From: a virus
Strand: one strand, 5' to 3'
DNA length: 64,000 nt
Virus record (IMG/VR): IMGVR_UViG_3300046557_000512
Span: 16,302 to 80,301 of that record
Positions 29,001 to 38,553 of this stretch are shown piece after piece. Both the position numbers and the translations under genes were made by a program. The notes beneath the pieces are model-generated. The model was not told the origin of the DNA, did not search any database, and saw only the letters and a program-made list of their open reading frames with translations. Position 1 is the stretch's first letter; each line of letters opens with the position of its first letter.

Positions 29001-30166
29001 GACTGAGAGATGCCGATCGTCGCCAAGCTGAAGTTTCGGAACGCGGCGATCGCGTCGACGACCAGGCCCTTCAGGCGGGCGAACCCAGAGAGCACCGTGT
29101 TGGCTGCCCACATGGTTGCCAGCGCCTGCGCAACAAACAGGATTTCGCCCCGGAAACGGACGACCCATTCGATCACGCTCATCAGCGCGGACGCTACGTT
29201 GGAGACGCCCTGGCCAACCGACTGAAGAAACGCGCGCGCTTCATCGGAACGCATCGCGGCGTTCATTTCCTTGAGCTTGTCGACTACCGTCTTGAAGAAG
29301 CCACCGCCTGGGGTGTCCATGCCGGTGAAGTCGGCCGCGAGCTGGGCGAAGTTCGTCCTGATCTGCGCCATCTGACCGAACAACGTGTCCGCCAGTCGCT
29401 TACCGGAGCCGCGATAGACACGCTCCATTTCCGCGAACATCGCGGCGAGCGCGGGCTTGGCGGCCACGGTGCCCTTGGAGATCTGCTTGACGAGCTCAGG
29501 GATAGATTGCCCCAAGGCATCAGCCATGAGCTGGATCGCCGACGGCACGGCTTCACCGAGCTGCTGGCGAAGTTCCTCCATCGAGACGACGCCCTTACCG
29601 GCCATCTGTTGGATCGCGATCGAGGCGCGGTGCAAAGTTTCGCTGTTGCCGCCAAAGGCCGCCACGGCGTCGACCAGGCCGTGCAGCGAGCCGTTAAGCG
29701 GGTCGATGCCGCCCGACTTGATCTTGACGAACGAGTCCGTCAGTTCCTGGACAGCGAAACCCGACTGACGCGCGATCTTGTAGAGTGCGCTCAGGTTGTT
29801 CGCCGCGTCCTGCTGCTTGCCGAGCTTGGTGGTCGCGTTCGACAGACCTTCCATGAGCACGGTCAGGCGCTCAAGGTCGCCCGCCTGCTTAAAGATCGCG
29901 CCCAGCCACCCGACCGAGACGTCCTTGAGCGTGAGGAACGCGGAACGCGCCTGGCCGAGAATGACGACCAGGTCGCGGAAGCGCTGCATCGGCGTCTGCA
30001 TCGACGAACCGACGCGACCCATCTGACCAGCGAAGCGATCGGCTTCGGCGCCGGCGGAGCGGATGACGCCGCCAAACGACTTAACCTCGCCTGATGCCGA
30101 CGTAAGCTTGCCGGACCAGCGCGAGGTATCGAGGTCGAGGACGACGCTAAGCTTCCGTTCTGTCAT
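26093..30166 (-). CDS. Tail tape measure protein
   Basis: 1357 aa, Ala-rich helical. QMAGKGVVSMEELRQQLGEA tape-measure motif and FHTGG C-terminal motif. Confidence 0.93.
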   Translation of the reverse strand: MTERKLSVVLDLDTSRWSGKLTSASGEVKSFGGVIRSAGAEADRFAGQMGRVGSSMQTPMQRFRDLVVILGQARSAFLTLKDVSVGWLGAIFKQAGDLERLTVLMEGLSNATTKLGKQQDAANNLSALYKIARQSGFAVQELTDSFVKIKSGGIDPLNGSLHGLVDAVAAFGGNSETLHRASIAIQQMAGKGVVSMEELRQQLGEAVPSAIQLMADALGQSIPELVKQISKGTVAAKPALAAMFAEMERVYRGSGKRLADTLFGQMAQIRTNFAQLAADFTGMDTPGGGFFKTVVDKLKEMNAAMRSDEARAFLQSVGQGVSNVASALMSVIEWVVRFRGEILFVAQALATMWAANTVLSGFARLKGLVVDAIAAFRNFSLATIGISQSTLEQINYNAAVAAGRGELQLMSAAQAEYATAMANTAVAEEATAIQIARRASIAAQAAEDTLAGLRGQQVARMNLVATLEAEQLAALNVLQTGRTETGQFASRAEALAAYERATNRLTIARNMLSKADIAVAEAEAIAAEAALRSATAQEAATVATTTATAAIEIETAAIAADTVATGFWTTAMAAGAVAAEVLGAAVSVALGPVGIIAMLLYQAASACGVFESQADKATAAARRMAAGFKEAGDAAIVMARKAGIAQEIKQLDDPSNTANYSGSTSDDIAMQQLGVMSLSPAERAKKKAALNQDLADLNNAQVEGARADFRSRQRQWYESITSDNDNFLDRLSAQYARKKSLLKSDDKTGKENLRKWYDATSSNYRNKRIDDLAKITPTSGGGMEGDARRAALRQLRGDINGVGDSADDAAGKLGKGGKGADFNNAMATAAGNAAKLRDQLAGGKGNLAQFNAEVAAGSSKYAGWTDAQKDAYRGQMALKDALQQSKSEMGKVDPNKAFDKALATTAGKIAQLSDELIGGKGNLERFNAELAAGKYKGITQGRIDQMREYMKLLDNLQHQKDVKGVDDKLDDELSKATTKSKELWSSLNAGTYEADKRLAQVTSRFAGLTDGLKGDDLTRVQGKVDDIVKAMNAADAADITNGWEESTRQIMNGLLDEDAARQKNFEDEVDRQRKLISLTAAGTEERKRMEAAFNAWKKAEGAKVSRDNETETTKMMRQWAQLGHNIQQVMADSISTLVDGLAEGNLNIGKFVTDTIKALLKVILKAVIAYAILSALGMAPTAGAGGGTMSLGSFMTDQLGAAFGGKSNAVIPSGGSGGQTGSVSVDGFHTGGLIGGAATAWGAVDPAVFANARKYHTGGEIGGRPLMPGEVPIIAKEKELMLTEDQQDLLGRRLAGAGGAAPNVKIEFINNTGVPADATVGDANFNGKDWVIGVVTEAATKQGPLRDLFANMRKAGK

Positions 30167-30170
30167 CGCG

Positions 30171-30518
30171 CTATGCCGGGGCCGGCTGATCCTTCGGGGT
30201 TGGGTTGAGTTTTCGCTGGAGCTCCAGGAACTTCGCTTCGTCGAAGCCCTTGATGACGACCGCCGGGGAGCCGACCTGCAGCTTCAGGGCTGCGAACAGT
30301 TCCTTGGCGCCCTCTCCGCTCTGGCCGGCGATTCCGACCTGGAGATTCATCTGGGCTTGCTCTGCCTGGAGCCGGTCGATCTGCTTGTTGGCGGACCAGA
30401 ACATCACCAGGGGCATCTGCATGACTTGTATGTGTGTTAGTCCGTATGCACCGGCGACGCGCCAGAAGAAGAACGGGAGATCTAGCTCTGCGAGCTGGTC
30501 TCCCCCAGCACGTTTCCC
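30171..30518 (-). CDS. Tail assembly chaperone, -1 frameshift extension (gpT-like)
   Basis: Slippery GGGAAAC at 30512-30518. The -1 frame is open: KRAGGDQLAELDLPFFFWRVAGAYGLTHIQVMQMPLVMFW... Confidence 0.75.
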   Translation of the reverse strand, partial: GKRAGGDQLAELDLPFFFWRVAGAYGLTHIQVMQMPLVMFWSANKQIDRLQAEQAQMNLQVGIAGQSGEGAKELFAALKLQVGSPAVVIKGFDEAKFLELQRKLNPTPKDQPAPA

Positions 30519-30901
30519 TCACTCGTCTCCTCGGGTGCGTATTTCTGGTTGATCTGCTGCGACACGTCGTTCAGCCAGCCGAACACCGCGAACATCTTGG
30601 TGACCGGCATCTGGTCGACCGGAAGAGACGGGAAGAACGCGACCACTGCATCGCGGACCACTTCGACCACCTTGCGCTGGACGTCCTCGATCTCTTCGTC
30701 GGTCGCGCCGGTCGCCCCCAACTTGAGCTTCTGCTCGGCCAGGGCCTGGTGTTCCGCGGCGCGGTTCTGCTGATCGATAAAGCCTTCCACCGTCAGCTGG
30801 ACCATCGTGTGGTCGACGCCTTCGTGCCGAATGGTAAGCATCGACGCAGGCGTCGGCAGCTCGTCAAGATTCAGAATGCGCGGGGACTGGGATTGGGTCA
30901 C
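30482..30901 (-). CDS. Tail assembly chaperone (gpG-like)
   Basis: Between the major tail and tape measure genes, ending in a slippery site. Confidence 0.8.
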   Translation of the reverse strand: MTQSQSPRILNLDELPTPASMLTIRHEGVDHTMVQLTVEGFIDQQNRAAEHQALAEQKLKLGATGATDEEIEDVQRKVVEVVRDAVVAFFPSLPVDQMPVTKMFAVFGWLNDVSQQINQKYAPEETSEGNVLGETSSQS

Positions 30902-30929
30902 AAACTACCGTGGATTTGGAGGAAAGTGT

Positions 30930-30960
30930 GGCGGCCGGCCTGGGGAGGAGCCGGCCGCCA
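30930..30960 (-). terminator. Hairpin after the major tail gene
   Basis: ggcggccggc-loop-gccggccgcc. Confidence 0.55.
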
Positions 30961-30965
30961 AGGGC

Positions 30966-31502
30966 TTACGAGGACGCCAGGGCCGGGTCGCCGAAGACGG
31001 CGAGCGTGCCCGTGGTCAGATCCACGTAACCGGTGAACTCGACCGTGTAGACGCGCTGGTCGTCGACCTTGTAGGAGAACTGGATGTCCCCCTTGGCGTT
31101 CGCCAGCGGCAGCACGAAGTCCTTCGACTTGTCGCCTTCGGCCATCGCGATCGGGTGAAGAACCAGCGGACCCGCGCCAGCGCGCAGCGAGACGCCGACG
31201 CCCGAGGACAAGGTCAGCTTCTTCTTGCCGAGGTCGGCGCCGGTGCCGGTGACGAGCACCGAACCCGGAATGACAGTGACGAGCTTGGCGAGATCACGCT
31301 CGGCCATCGGGACCTTAACGGTCACCTTGCGGCCCTTGATGATCTCGTCGATCGCGGTATCGCCGAACTGGTCGGCGGTGATCAGCGTGCTCTCGGTGGC
31401 GATCTGGACCTCGCAGCCACCCTTGGTCAGGCCAAGGTCGGCTGCTTTGAAGAAGGCCGTGCAGGGACCCATCTCCAAGTTATCGAATGCGGTGCCGGAC
31501 AT
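30966..31502 (-). CDS. Major tail tube protein
   Basis: DLGLTKGGCEV, DQFG, KVPMAE, VYTVEFTGY, and position in the module. Confidence 0.85.
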   Translation of the reverse strand: MSGTAFDNLEMGPCTAFFKAADLGLTKGGCEVQIATESTLITADQFGDTAIDEIIKGRKVTVKVPMAERDLAKLVTVIPGSVLVTGTGADLGKKKLTLSSGVGVSLRAGAGPLVLHPIAMAEGDKSKDFVLPLANAKGDIQFSYKVDDQRVYTVEFTGYVDLTTGTLAVFGDPALASS

Positions 31503-31572
31503 TTATCAGCTCTCCTGGGAAAATATGCAGCCAGCATCATAGCACGCATGTGTGTTATTTGCCATGCACTAT

Positions 31573-31959
31573 TTACGCACCCTCACCCCACGCGATCTCG
31601 AACGGGATGCCCCACTCTATGGTGCCGGCCCCCGACCGCGGATAGGGGATCGGTTTGGTCCGAGGGTAGACCTGGGTATAAAAGACGTTGTCGATCGTCC
31701 GGCGATAGAATGTCAGCAATTCGGAGATCTGCTGGCACTTTGCCTCGGCAATCTCGACGTCGTCATGGCGGACGATGATCAGGAACTCGCTCTTGTAAAA
31801 GCCGGGCTGCTCGCAGTCGATCGCGTCGCCGGTAAGCGGCGGGCGGATCATCACGCCATCCTGGACGTCCGCCGGCATGGTCAGCAAATACAGGTCCACG
31901 CCAATCTTCGCGATGCCGGCCGCGTCGATCAAGTCTTGCATAGCTCGAAGGTGGATCAC
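31573..31959 (-). CDS. Tail terminator / completion protein
   Basis: Size and synteny before the major tail gene. Confidence 0.7.
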   Translation of the reverse strand: MIHLRAMQDLIDAAGIAKIGVDLYLLTMPADVQDGVMIRPPLTGDAIDCEQPGFYKSEFLIIVRHDDVEIAEAKCQQISELLTFYRRTIDNVFYTQVYPRTKPIPYPRSGAGTIEWGIPFEIAWGEGA

Positions 31960-32384
31960 AGCAGGTCTCCCATAATCACGTCGATAAGGTCGTCGGGCAG
32001 TTCTTCGTCATATTTGTCGAAGGCGCGCTCGAGGAAGTGCGCACCGACTTGCGGCCCCTTGGCCAACGACCGAGCTCCCAGTTTCTCGAATGCGCCCTCC
32101 TCGATGAGATAAGCGTATTCGTCGACGTCCGACCGAGTGATCCCTTGGTTGCCCACCTGGACGGTCACGACCAGCCGACGGTTCGACGACGTCTCTTCGA
32201 TAATCTCGTGCGCAGCCTCAATATCGCCCCTCAAGATTGGCGCGTTGTGCACCGACTCGGCTTTCACCTTGTCCGCGATCTTGCGCATGAAGCGCAGCGC
32301 GCGCGGCGTCGTCACTTGTCCGATACGCTCAAAGGTCGCCCCGACGTCAGTCGCGCTTTCCCCAGGCTTGAAGGTGAAGGTCAC
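31956..32384 (-). CDS. HK97 gp10-like tail completion protein
   Basis: NAPILRGDI, YAYLIEEG, AHFLERA. Confidence 0.75.
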   Translation of the reverse strand: MTFTFKPGESATDVGATFERIGQVTTPRALRFMRKIADKVKAESVHNAPILRGDIEAAHEIIEETSSNRRLVVTVQVGNQGITRSDVDEYAYLIEEGAFEKLGARSLAKGPQVGAHFLERAFDKYDEELPDDLIDVIMGDLL

Positions 32385-32737
32385 GACGGCTGCTCGGCAA
32401 TCGCCGCACCCACCTCGATATGATCGAGAGAGCCGGTGACCGCATGAAAGCGCTGGTGGGTCATCGTGATACGGAGACGCACATTGGCGACGACCACGAT
32501 GTCATCGATCGCGATCTTGACGTTCGGCGGGAACAGCAGGTTGGCTGCCGCCTCCTCTTGCTCCGCGGCGCCGCGTGACGCCGAGCTGTCGGCCCGCACG
32601 GAACTGGCGACGGACGATACCTCAAGCTTCACGACTGAACACGGCGTTTTGACCGGCGTGTAATAGACGGCCTTGCCATAACGATCGCGGCGGTTCGACT
32701 TGCGCGACAGCATGCAGAATTTGTTTGGACGGAACAC
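32381..32737 (-). CDS. Head closure / head-tail joining protein
   Basis: DRYGKAVY, SSVRADSSASRG, synteny. Confidence 0.65.
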   Translation of the reverse strand: MFRPNKFCMLSRKSNRRDRYGKAVYYTPVKTPCSVVKLEVSSVASSVRADSSASRGAAEQEEAAANLLFPPNVKIAIDDIVVVANVRLRITMTHQRFHAVTGSLDHIEVGAAIAEQPS

Positions 32738-33484
32738 TTATTCCTCCACCATGACCAGGCGTGAATCGGATGACGGGTGAAACACCTCGTCGCGGATGTC
32801 GTAGTAGGACGGCAGCTTGCCCTGCCCCGCTTCAGTCGAGACGATCGTGCCGTCCCACTTATTTTGTGGGTTCGGGTTGCTGATCTCGACCCGGTCGATG
32901 CCGGCCTCGGACATCGCAAACAGGAAACCGTCGTTGATCGTCATCAGCAGATGCAAGCGATATTGGTCACGAACGTGCTTCGACGAGCTGTAAGAGCGCC
33001 CTGCGCGGTCTACGAAGCGAAAGTCGAGCGTTGGTGCGTCGAGCATCAGGTTTGCGATCGCGTCGACCTGACGAGCCCCTGAGCGCTGCGCCATGTCGGC
33101 CCGAATCCCAATCGCCGCAATGGCGCGCTTCATCGCCGAGATGTCGCGAGACGCTTGGGCCGCCAGGATCTCCACCAGATAGTCGCCGGTGTTGCCGAAG
33201 TGATCCTGCAGCTCAGTTGGCGCTTCTCCCAAAGGAACCTTCGCTGATTGAAGGCCCTCCTGATACGAGTGATCGCCCATCCCGTAGGTGTCGATACGGA
33301 TGACATCGGCCTCGGACGCCAACCAATCCTTCGCGAACTCCGTGGCGGCGTCGCCGGCTTCCAAGCGGGTGGATCCGTGCGTCGGGTCGTTCCTCAGCGC
33401 GATCTCATATTGTGCGCGCAGTTGGTCAAGAAAACGCTGATAGCGCGCGGTCGCATCGAACGCGCGCTGGGTGATCGGGTTCAT
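32738..33484 (-). CDS. Minor head morphogenesis-like protein
   Basis: FVDRAGRSY...VFHP motifs resembling minor capsid families. Confidence 0.5.
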   Translation of the reverse strand: MNPITQRAFDATARYQRFLDQLRAQYEIALRNDPTHGSTRLEAGDAATEFAKDWLASEADVIRIDTYGMGDHSYQEGLQSAKVPLGEAPTELQDHFGNTGDYLVEILAAQASRDISAMKRAIAAIGIRADMAQRSGARQVDAIANLMLDAPTLDFRFVDRAGRSYSSSKHVRDQYRLHLLMTINDGFLFAMSEAGIDRVEISNPNPQNKWDGTIVSTEAGQGKLPSYYDIRDEVFHPSSDSRLVMVEE

Positions 33485-34287
33485 CCTCGCGCGATCTCGA
33501 TTCGACGATAGACGTATGCGCCGACCTCGCGATACGCGGCCTTGCAGACGGGGCGATCGAGCGCTGGTCGCGAGTTGAACATCATCGAGCTCTCGCCCGT
33601 CGTCTCAGACAGCACCCCATCCTGGCGCCGTGCGCCGATGACATCACCGCCAAGGATGTTGTCGGCTTCGAGGATCTGTGCCCGAGCGAGCGCCTCGCGG
33701 AAATTCGACGGGAGACCCAGAAAATCCTGAGTGGGCATGCTGGCGATGTCGACGACGATCCACGCCGGCGAGCAGCCAATGTCGTCGTCTTCGAACGACG
33801 CATAGTTCCGCGGATCCTGGGCAGCGACACGATAAGCCATGCGCGCCAGCTTGGTGAAGGCACCCTCCATCGCGGATGAGCGATCGCGCGCAGTCGCCAT
33901 ATCCCAGCCCTGCAGCATGCCGCCGATACTTTCGCGCCGCACCAGACTCTGTCCGTAGGTCTGGAAGCTGTTCAGCAGCAGCGTCAGCGTGTCGGCCTTG
34001 CTGATGATATAGTGGGTGTCGACCGTGATCGTCCCACTGGCCGCCGTGAACGCAACACGCAGGCAGCGCGCGCCCCGAATTGCCGAGATCACGTTGAATG
34101 CGCCGGCGATGGTCACATCCAGTTCGACGGCGCTGTCGTCGATCGACGAGATCGTATCGCTTGCGATCTGCGCCTCGTTCTCGTCGAGCAACGTCCACGC
34201 GGCCGCCGTCGGCACGAACGGCGTGCCGTTTTCATCCTCGAACGGGACGGCGAGCTTGACCTCGGTTCCGGCGGTGACGCGCAACAT
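33481..34287 (-). CDS. Head-tail adaptor-like protein
   Basis: C-terminal ALARAQILEA...GVLSETTGESS, synteny. Confidence 0.6.
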   Translation of the reverse strand: MLRVTAGTEVKLAVPFEDENGTPFVPTAAAWTLLDENEAQIASDTISSIDDSAVELDVTIAGAFNVISAIRGARCLRVAFTAASGTITVDTHYIISKADTLTLLLNSFQTYGQSLVRRESIGGMLQGWDMATARDRSSAMEGAFTKLARMAYRVAAQDPRNYASFEDDDIGCSPAWIVVDIASMPTQDFLGLPSNFREALARAQILEADNILGGDVIGARRQDGVLSETTGESSMMFNSRPALDRPVCKAAYREVGAYVYRRIEIARG

Positions 34288-34832
34288 TACGACGCCAGCT
34301 GCTCGGTCTGCTTCTTCAGGATCGCCGCGACCAGCTCGGTGATGGAGCGACCCTTGGCGTTGATCTTATCGCCGATCTCGCGCAGGCCGGGGATGCCGTC
34401 ATTCGCGCCGATCGCCTCGAGCTCATCGCGGGTATAGACGACCGGCACTTCAGCCTCCGCCTTGCTGCGCGCTTCCTGGAGCGCCGTTGCCTGCTTCTCG
34501 GCCGCTTCCTTGGCGGCGAGTGCCTCGGCTTCGCGGGCGGCGTCGGCCGCATCGGCGTCGGCCTGAAGTCGGATGGCCGACTGCGTCCCGGTCTCGATTT
34601 CGGGCTTCACCGGCATGCCGTCGCCGCGGTAGTTCACCATCATCGATGAGGCGCCGACCTGTTCGCCGTTCGAGCCGTCCTCCAGGACCTCGACCAGGTG
34701 GACGATGCAGCCAATACGCATCATCGCACGGTGACTGACCTCACCCACGGATACGCCGTCCTCGAACATGGTTCCGGTGCCGAGGGGACCGGTGAAAGTC
34801 TCCCAGCCTGGGGAGACGATACGAACCTTCAT
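34287..34832 (-). CDS. Virion-associated protein downstream of the capsid gene
   Basis: 181 aa with C-terminal small helical motif GLREIG...GRSITELVAAIL. Confidence 0.6.
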   Translation of the reverse strand: MKVRIVSPGWETFTGPLGTGTMFEDGVSVGEVSHRAMMRIGCIVHLVEVLEDGSNGEQVGASSMMVNYRGDGMPVKPEIETGTQSAIRLQADADAADAAREAEALAAKEAAEKQATALQEARSKAEAEVPVVYTRDELEAIGANDGIPGLREIGDKINAKGRSITELVAAILKKQTEQLAS

Positions 34833-34850
34833 CAGGAATCCTTCAAAACA

Positions 34851-34882
34851 GAAAAGGGGCGATCCCTTTCGAGACCGCCCCT
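34851..34882 (-). terminator. Intrinsic terminator after the major capsid gene
   Basis: Minus strand gaggggcggtctc-gaaa-gggatcgcccc-ttttctg. Confidence 0.65.
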
Positions 34883-34925
34883 CATTCTAGCAAACTGCAT
34901 GCGTGGCGTCTACCACGCACACCGA

Positions 34926-35846
34926 TTACAGGTTGGTGACACCACCCAGGCGGGCCAGCGACTTGGTCGACTTGAGCGCCAGGCCGGTATACCACTTGAC
35001 GCGGTAGCGCTCGGCGTCCTTGTTCTGGACCGGGCCGACCGAGCTCACGCGCACGCCGGCGGTCGGGCCGCCATAGATGCCGTGGAGGCCATCGGCCTCG
35101 TTGAAGCGCGCGGCGTAGATCGAGCAGGTGTTGTTGACGCTGGTGCCACGGGTTTCGTCGCCCGCCAGGAAGTCGTTCACCAGGATCGGAACCGAGCGAT
35201 ACGACGGCACCGAGATGGTGCGATCGCCACCCAGCGAGATCGTGACGTGCTCGGGGTTCGTGCCGCCGAGCTGACGCAGCATCGCCGCGATCGCGTCGGT
35301 CGTGCCGCCGCGCATGATCAGCGCGTCCGCGCCGTTCGGGATCATGCGGAGCAGACGATCGAGGTTCTCGAAGGTCAGCGCGCCGCCGTTGGCGCCGGCA
35401 CCGGCGTAGAAGGTCTGGCTCGGATCGACCAGACGCGCAATGCCGTCGAACTCCTTGGCGCGCGCCGAGTTGTCGCCCTGGGCCACCGTGCGGTGGAATT
35501 TGCGCGACATACCCTTGACCTTGGCCGCGATCTGGATCGCGGTCTGGTCGTTGGTGTCCGACATCGTCTCGTCGAGGAAGTTGTCGACGTCGACGTCGCC
35601 GATCAGGATGCGCAGCTTGGCCACGACTTCCTCGAAGGTCGCAGCCTCCTCGTTGATCGTGTCGTTCGGATCGAGGAAGTCACCTTCGCTCAGGGTGCTC
35701 TCGCGGTCATAGACATACGCCTTGCCCACGATGCGCATGAACGGCAGCAACGCGAACATCGCGTCGTTGTCGATGATCTCCTCGACAACGCCCTGTTCGA
35801 GGGCGTTGTTCGACAGCTTTTCGGCTTCAACGCGAAGCAAAGGCAT
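34926..35846 (-). CDS. Major capsid protein (HK97 fold)
   Basis: GDVDVDNFL, EFDGI, SIYAARF, RYRVKWYTGLAL...LARLGGV. Confidence 0.9.
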   Translation of the reverse strand: MPLLRVEAEKLSNNALEQGVVEEIIDNDAMFALLPFMRIVGKAYVYDRESTLSEGDFLDPNDTINEEAATFEEVVAKLRILIGDVDVDNFLDETMSDTNDQTAIQIAAKVKGMSRKFHRTVAQGDNSARAKEFDGIARLVDPSQTFYAGAGANGGALTFENLDRLLRMIPNGADALIMRGGTTDAIAAMLRQLGGTNPEHVTISLGGDRTISVPSYRSVPILVNDFLAGDETRGTSVNNTCSIYAARFNEADGLHGIYGGPTAGVRVSSVGPVQNKDAERYRVKWYTGLALKSTKSLARLGGVTNL

Positions 35847-35951
35847 CGGACTCTCCTAAAAATTTTGTCGAAATTTGTTATCGAGGCATCATCCTACACG
35901 AAGCTGCATGTGTTGTAAATACCACACACAGCCCGTGCAGAAATGTCACAC

Positions 35952-36821
35952 TTACTTCTTGAGGCTAGCAAGCCCCTCAGCCATGCGTTGATGACGCGAT
36001 TTGTTCAGGTCAGCCTGGCCGCGCTGGTCGCTGCGCGAACCGCCGCCCGGCTTCACCTCGGAGGCAAGCAGCTTGTCCTTGTCGGGGTCCGACGTGATGA
36101 CCTTCTCGATCGCCGCGTTGAACTCCATCGGCTGGCCCTTGGCGTCGACGATCTTGGTGCGACCCTGCTCGCCGCGCGGCTTGGTGTAGACCACGGGCAC
36201 GCCATTCTCGACGTCGACATGCGCACCATACAGCTGGCGAACCTTGCCAATCGGCAGCGTCACCTTTTCGGAGATGAACTTCGACTCGCCGAAAGCGCGA
36301 TCGGCGGTCAGGGTGTCGGCGCGCTGCTCCGCGGCCGTCTTGCCCGATCGTTCCGCGTCACGCTCGCTGATAAGCCGCTGTTTTTCGGCCTCGTGTTCCT
36401 GGACCATGAGCTCGCGCACACGCTCCCAGTTGCCGTCGGCTTCCGCCTTGGCACGCTCGGCGTCGCGTTGGGCAGCTTCGTTGGCGGCTTTGGCTGCGAT
36501 AGCGGCCTTTGCCTCCGCCGGGTCGAGACCCTCGAAGGTCGCGAGCGATGCGTCCCGACGCGCAAGCTCGGCGCGCAGACGCTCGATCTCGGCGGCGTCC
36601 TCATTACCAGCTGCGGCAGCAGCAGCAGCAGCGGCAGCCGCCTCGGCCTCGCGGGCACGGGCAGCTTCGGCTTCACGAGCCGCAGCCGCCGCGGCTGCCT
36701 CCTCGTGACCGGTTTCGTCGCGCATCGGGCGACGCGTCATCCCCGCAACCAAACCCTTGCGGGGCGCAGCGAGGCTCATCGAAGTGCCGGCCATCAGCCG
36801 GCTGCGGGTGTGAATGGTCAT
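35952..36821 (-). CDS. Capsid scaffolding protein
   Basis: Ala/Glu coiled coil, located between portal and capsid. Confidence 0.78.
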   Translation of the reverse strand: MTIHTRSRLMAGTSMSLAAPRKGLVAGMTRRPMRDETGHEEAAAAAAAREAEAARAREAEAAAAAAAAAAAGNEDAAEIERLRAELARRDASLATFEGLDPAEAKAAIAAKAANEAAQRDAERAKAEADGNWERVRELMVQEHEAEKQRLISERDAERSGKTAAEQRADTLTADRAFGESKFISEKVTLPIGKVRQLYGAHVDVENGVPVVYTKPRGEQGRTKIVDAKGQPMEFNAAIEKVITSDPDKDKLLASEVKPGGGSRSDQRGQADLNKSRHQRMAEGLASLKK

Positions 36822-36890
36822 GCAACCTTTACTCTAAATTGTGTAGGTGCATGGATAATGCCACACATGCGGCATTTTTGCAACAGCGGC

Positions 36891-38507
36891 TTATGCGCCG
36901 GGCGGCTTCTCGTTGCCTGCGCCCTTGTTGTTCTCGCCCTGCTTACCCTTCTTGCCAGGGATTCCGCCGGCCGGCGCCGGGACACCAGGGCGGCCTGGGA
37001 GAAGCGTGGCTGGATCGGGCTCGACGAGCCAATCATTCTCGATGTCGTCCGCGACCTTCTTCGCCTCCTCGGCCGTGATCTGCGGATACATCTTCTTGGC
37101 CATGCGCGTCATCTGGAGCTTGCGCAGTTCCTTCGGTGCATTCATCACCGCCAGGCGCTGGGCGTTATCCATCTCGTCGGCGAGATTGCGCACATCGAAG
37201 GTCTGAGGATAGCTCACGCAGTCCTCGAAGTCCTCGAGCTCCTGGAGCGCGCCATGCCAACCTTCGACCAGGCGCGCGATGTTCTGCTCTGCGCCCGCCA
37301 GCGCCATCGCCTTGGCAACTAGCATCGCATTCAAGCGCTCGAAATCGTATGCCTTGGCGACACCGGAGCTATTGTCGATACCGACTGAATTGTCCTGCTT
37401 GGTCCGCTCGCCGGCCATGCCGATCGAGTGATAGATCTCGTCGATGATCTTGCTGACCACGGTGACGATGATGCCGGCCTGGCGCGGATCCGGCGACAGA
37501 AATTCAGGCGCTGAACCACCCTCGGCGTTGTAGGCGAACACACGTTTGGTGCCCATCTCATACATCTGCCGCTGGGTGCCAACCTTGCCGCTGTCGTCGT
37601 TGTCGGTCTCGAGCAGCCCCTGGTAGGGGATCGCGAGCTGACTGAAGGTCTGATCCTGGATGATCGCGTCGAGATTCGACAGGTAATTCGCGGCCGCGCG
37701 GTCGAGATACGCGGTATCCTCGATCAGCGCCGGCGAGCTGTAGAGCTCCTCGGACGGATTGTGATCGACCACAACGACGGGCACGGCGCCGAGCTGGTGC
37801 TCGCGGCTGTCCTCGGCCACGATCTGAGCGATGCGATCGCCATTACTCGCCTTGACGATCTCGATCACCGCGGTGAACTCTGGCGTCCAGAGACGGAAGC
37901 GCGGCGTTGATGCACCGCTCGACAGGGGGCTGGAATCGTCGCGCTTGGTTTCGAGCATCAAGAACCAGCTGAGCTCGCCGTCCTCGTCATACGCGAAATC
38001 GAGCGCGTCGATCGGCGAGATGACGAAGGCGTAAACGCGCCCCTTGGACTTCTTCTCGTCTTCCTTGGTGACGATGTTCTCGGGGAAGTTGTTGTCGACG
38101 ACCACATAGCAGCGGCCGAAGGTCGACGACTTGCGCGAGATGGTGTCGATCAACGCATCGATCGGACGCTTCATCAGCGTCGAGTTCTTCCAGAAGCGCT
38201 TGAGGTTTTCGGAAGCGTCTTCCTTGCGGGCGATGTCGCCCTTCAGGACATACTTGTTGACCAGGTTCACGACTTCGCGGGTGTGCGGGAATCGGTAGGC
38301 GCGCTTCTTGCGCGCGTTGAACTCTTTGGTCCCCTCCTTGTGGTAGCGCCACAGGTTCGTGTCGAACCACGACCGGCCGCCCTGGTAGGTCGCGTCAAGG
38401 AAGCGCCAGTGGTCGATCTTCTCCGCGTAGTCGGGGTGACGTCGATCGACCAAGGAGAGCAGCTCCTCGGGCTTAGCGGCCTTCAGTTGATCGAGAGTCA
38501 GGGACAT
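36891..38507 (-). CDS. Portal protein
   Basis: RHPDY...YQGG, SSGVAKAYDF, directly after terL. Confidence 0.88.
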   Translation of the reverse strand: MSLTLDQLKAAKPEELLSLVDRRHPDYAEKIDHWRFLDATYQGGRSWFDTNLWRYHKEGTKEFNARKKRAYRFPHTREVVNLVNKYVLKGDIARKEDASENLKRFWKNSTLMKRPIDALIDTISRKSSTFGRCYVVVDNNFPENIVTKEDEKKSKGRVYAFVISPIDALDFAYDEDGELSWFLMLETKRDDSSPLSSGASTPRFRLWTPEFTAVIEIVKASNGDRIAQIVAEDSREHQLGAVPVVVVDHNPSEELYSSPALIEDTAYLDRAAANYLSNLDAIIQDQTFSQLAIPYQGLLETDNDDSGKVGTQRQMYEMGTKRVFAYNAEGGSAPEFLSPDPRQAGIIVTVVSKIIDEIYHSIGMAGERTKQDNSVGIDNSSGVAKAYDFERLNAMLVAKAMALAGAEQNIARLVEGWHGALQELEDFEDCVSYPQTFDVRNLADEMDNAQRLAVMNAPKELRKLQMTRMAKKMYPQITAEEAKKVADDIENDWLVEPDPATLLPGRPGVPAPAGGIPGKKGKQGENNKGAGNEKPPGA

Positions 38508-38553
38508 GCGGCCAGTTTAGCACAATGCATGCGTGTTGGCTACCATGCACCAA

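Noticed and set aside
27965-30094. 709-aa plus-strand ORF (likewise 38533-40116, 35943-37322, 11704-12909, 42944-44131)
   Set aside because: Antisense shadows of tape measure, terminase, scaffold/portal, phosphoesterase and ParB genes, with no motifs of their own.
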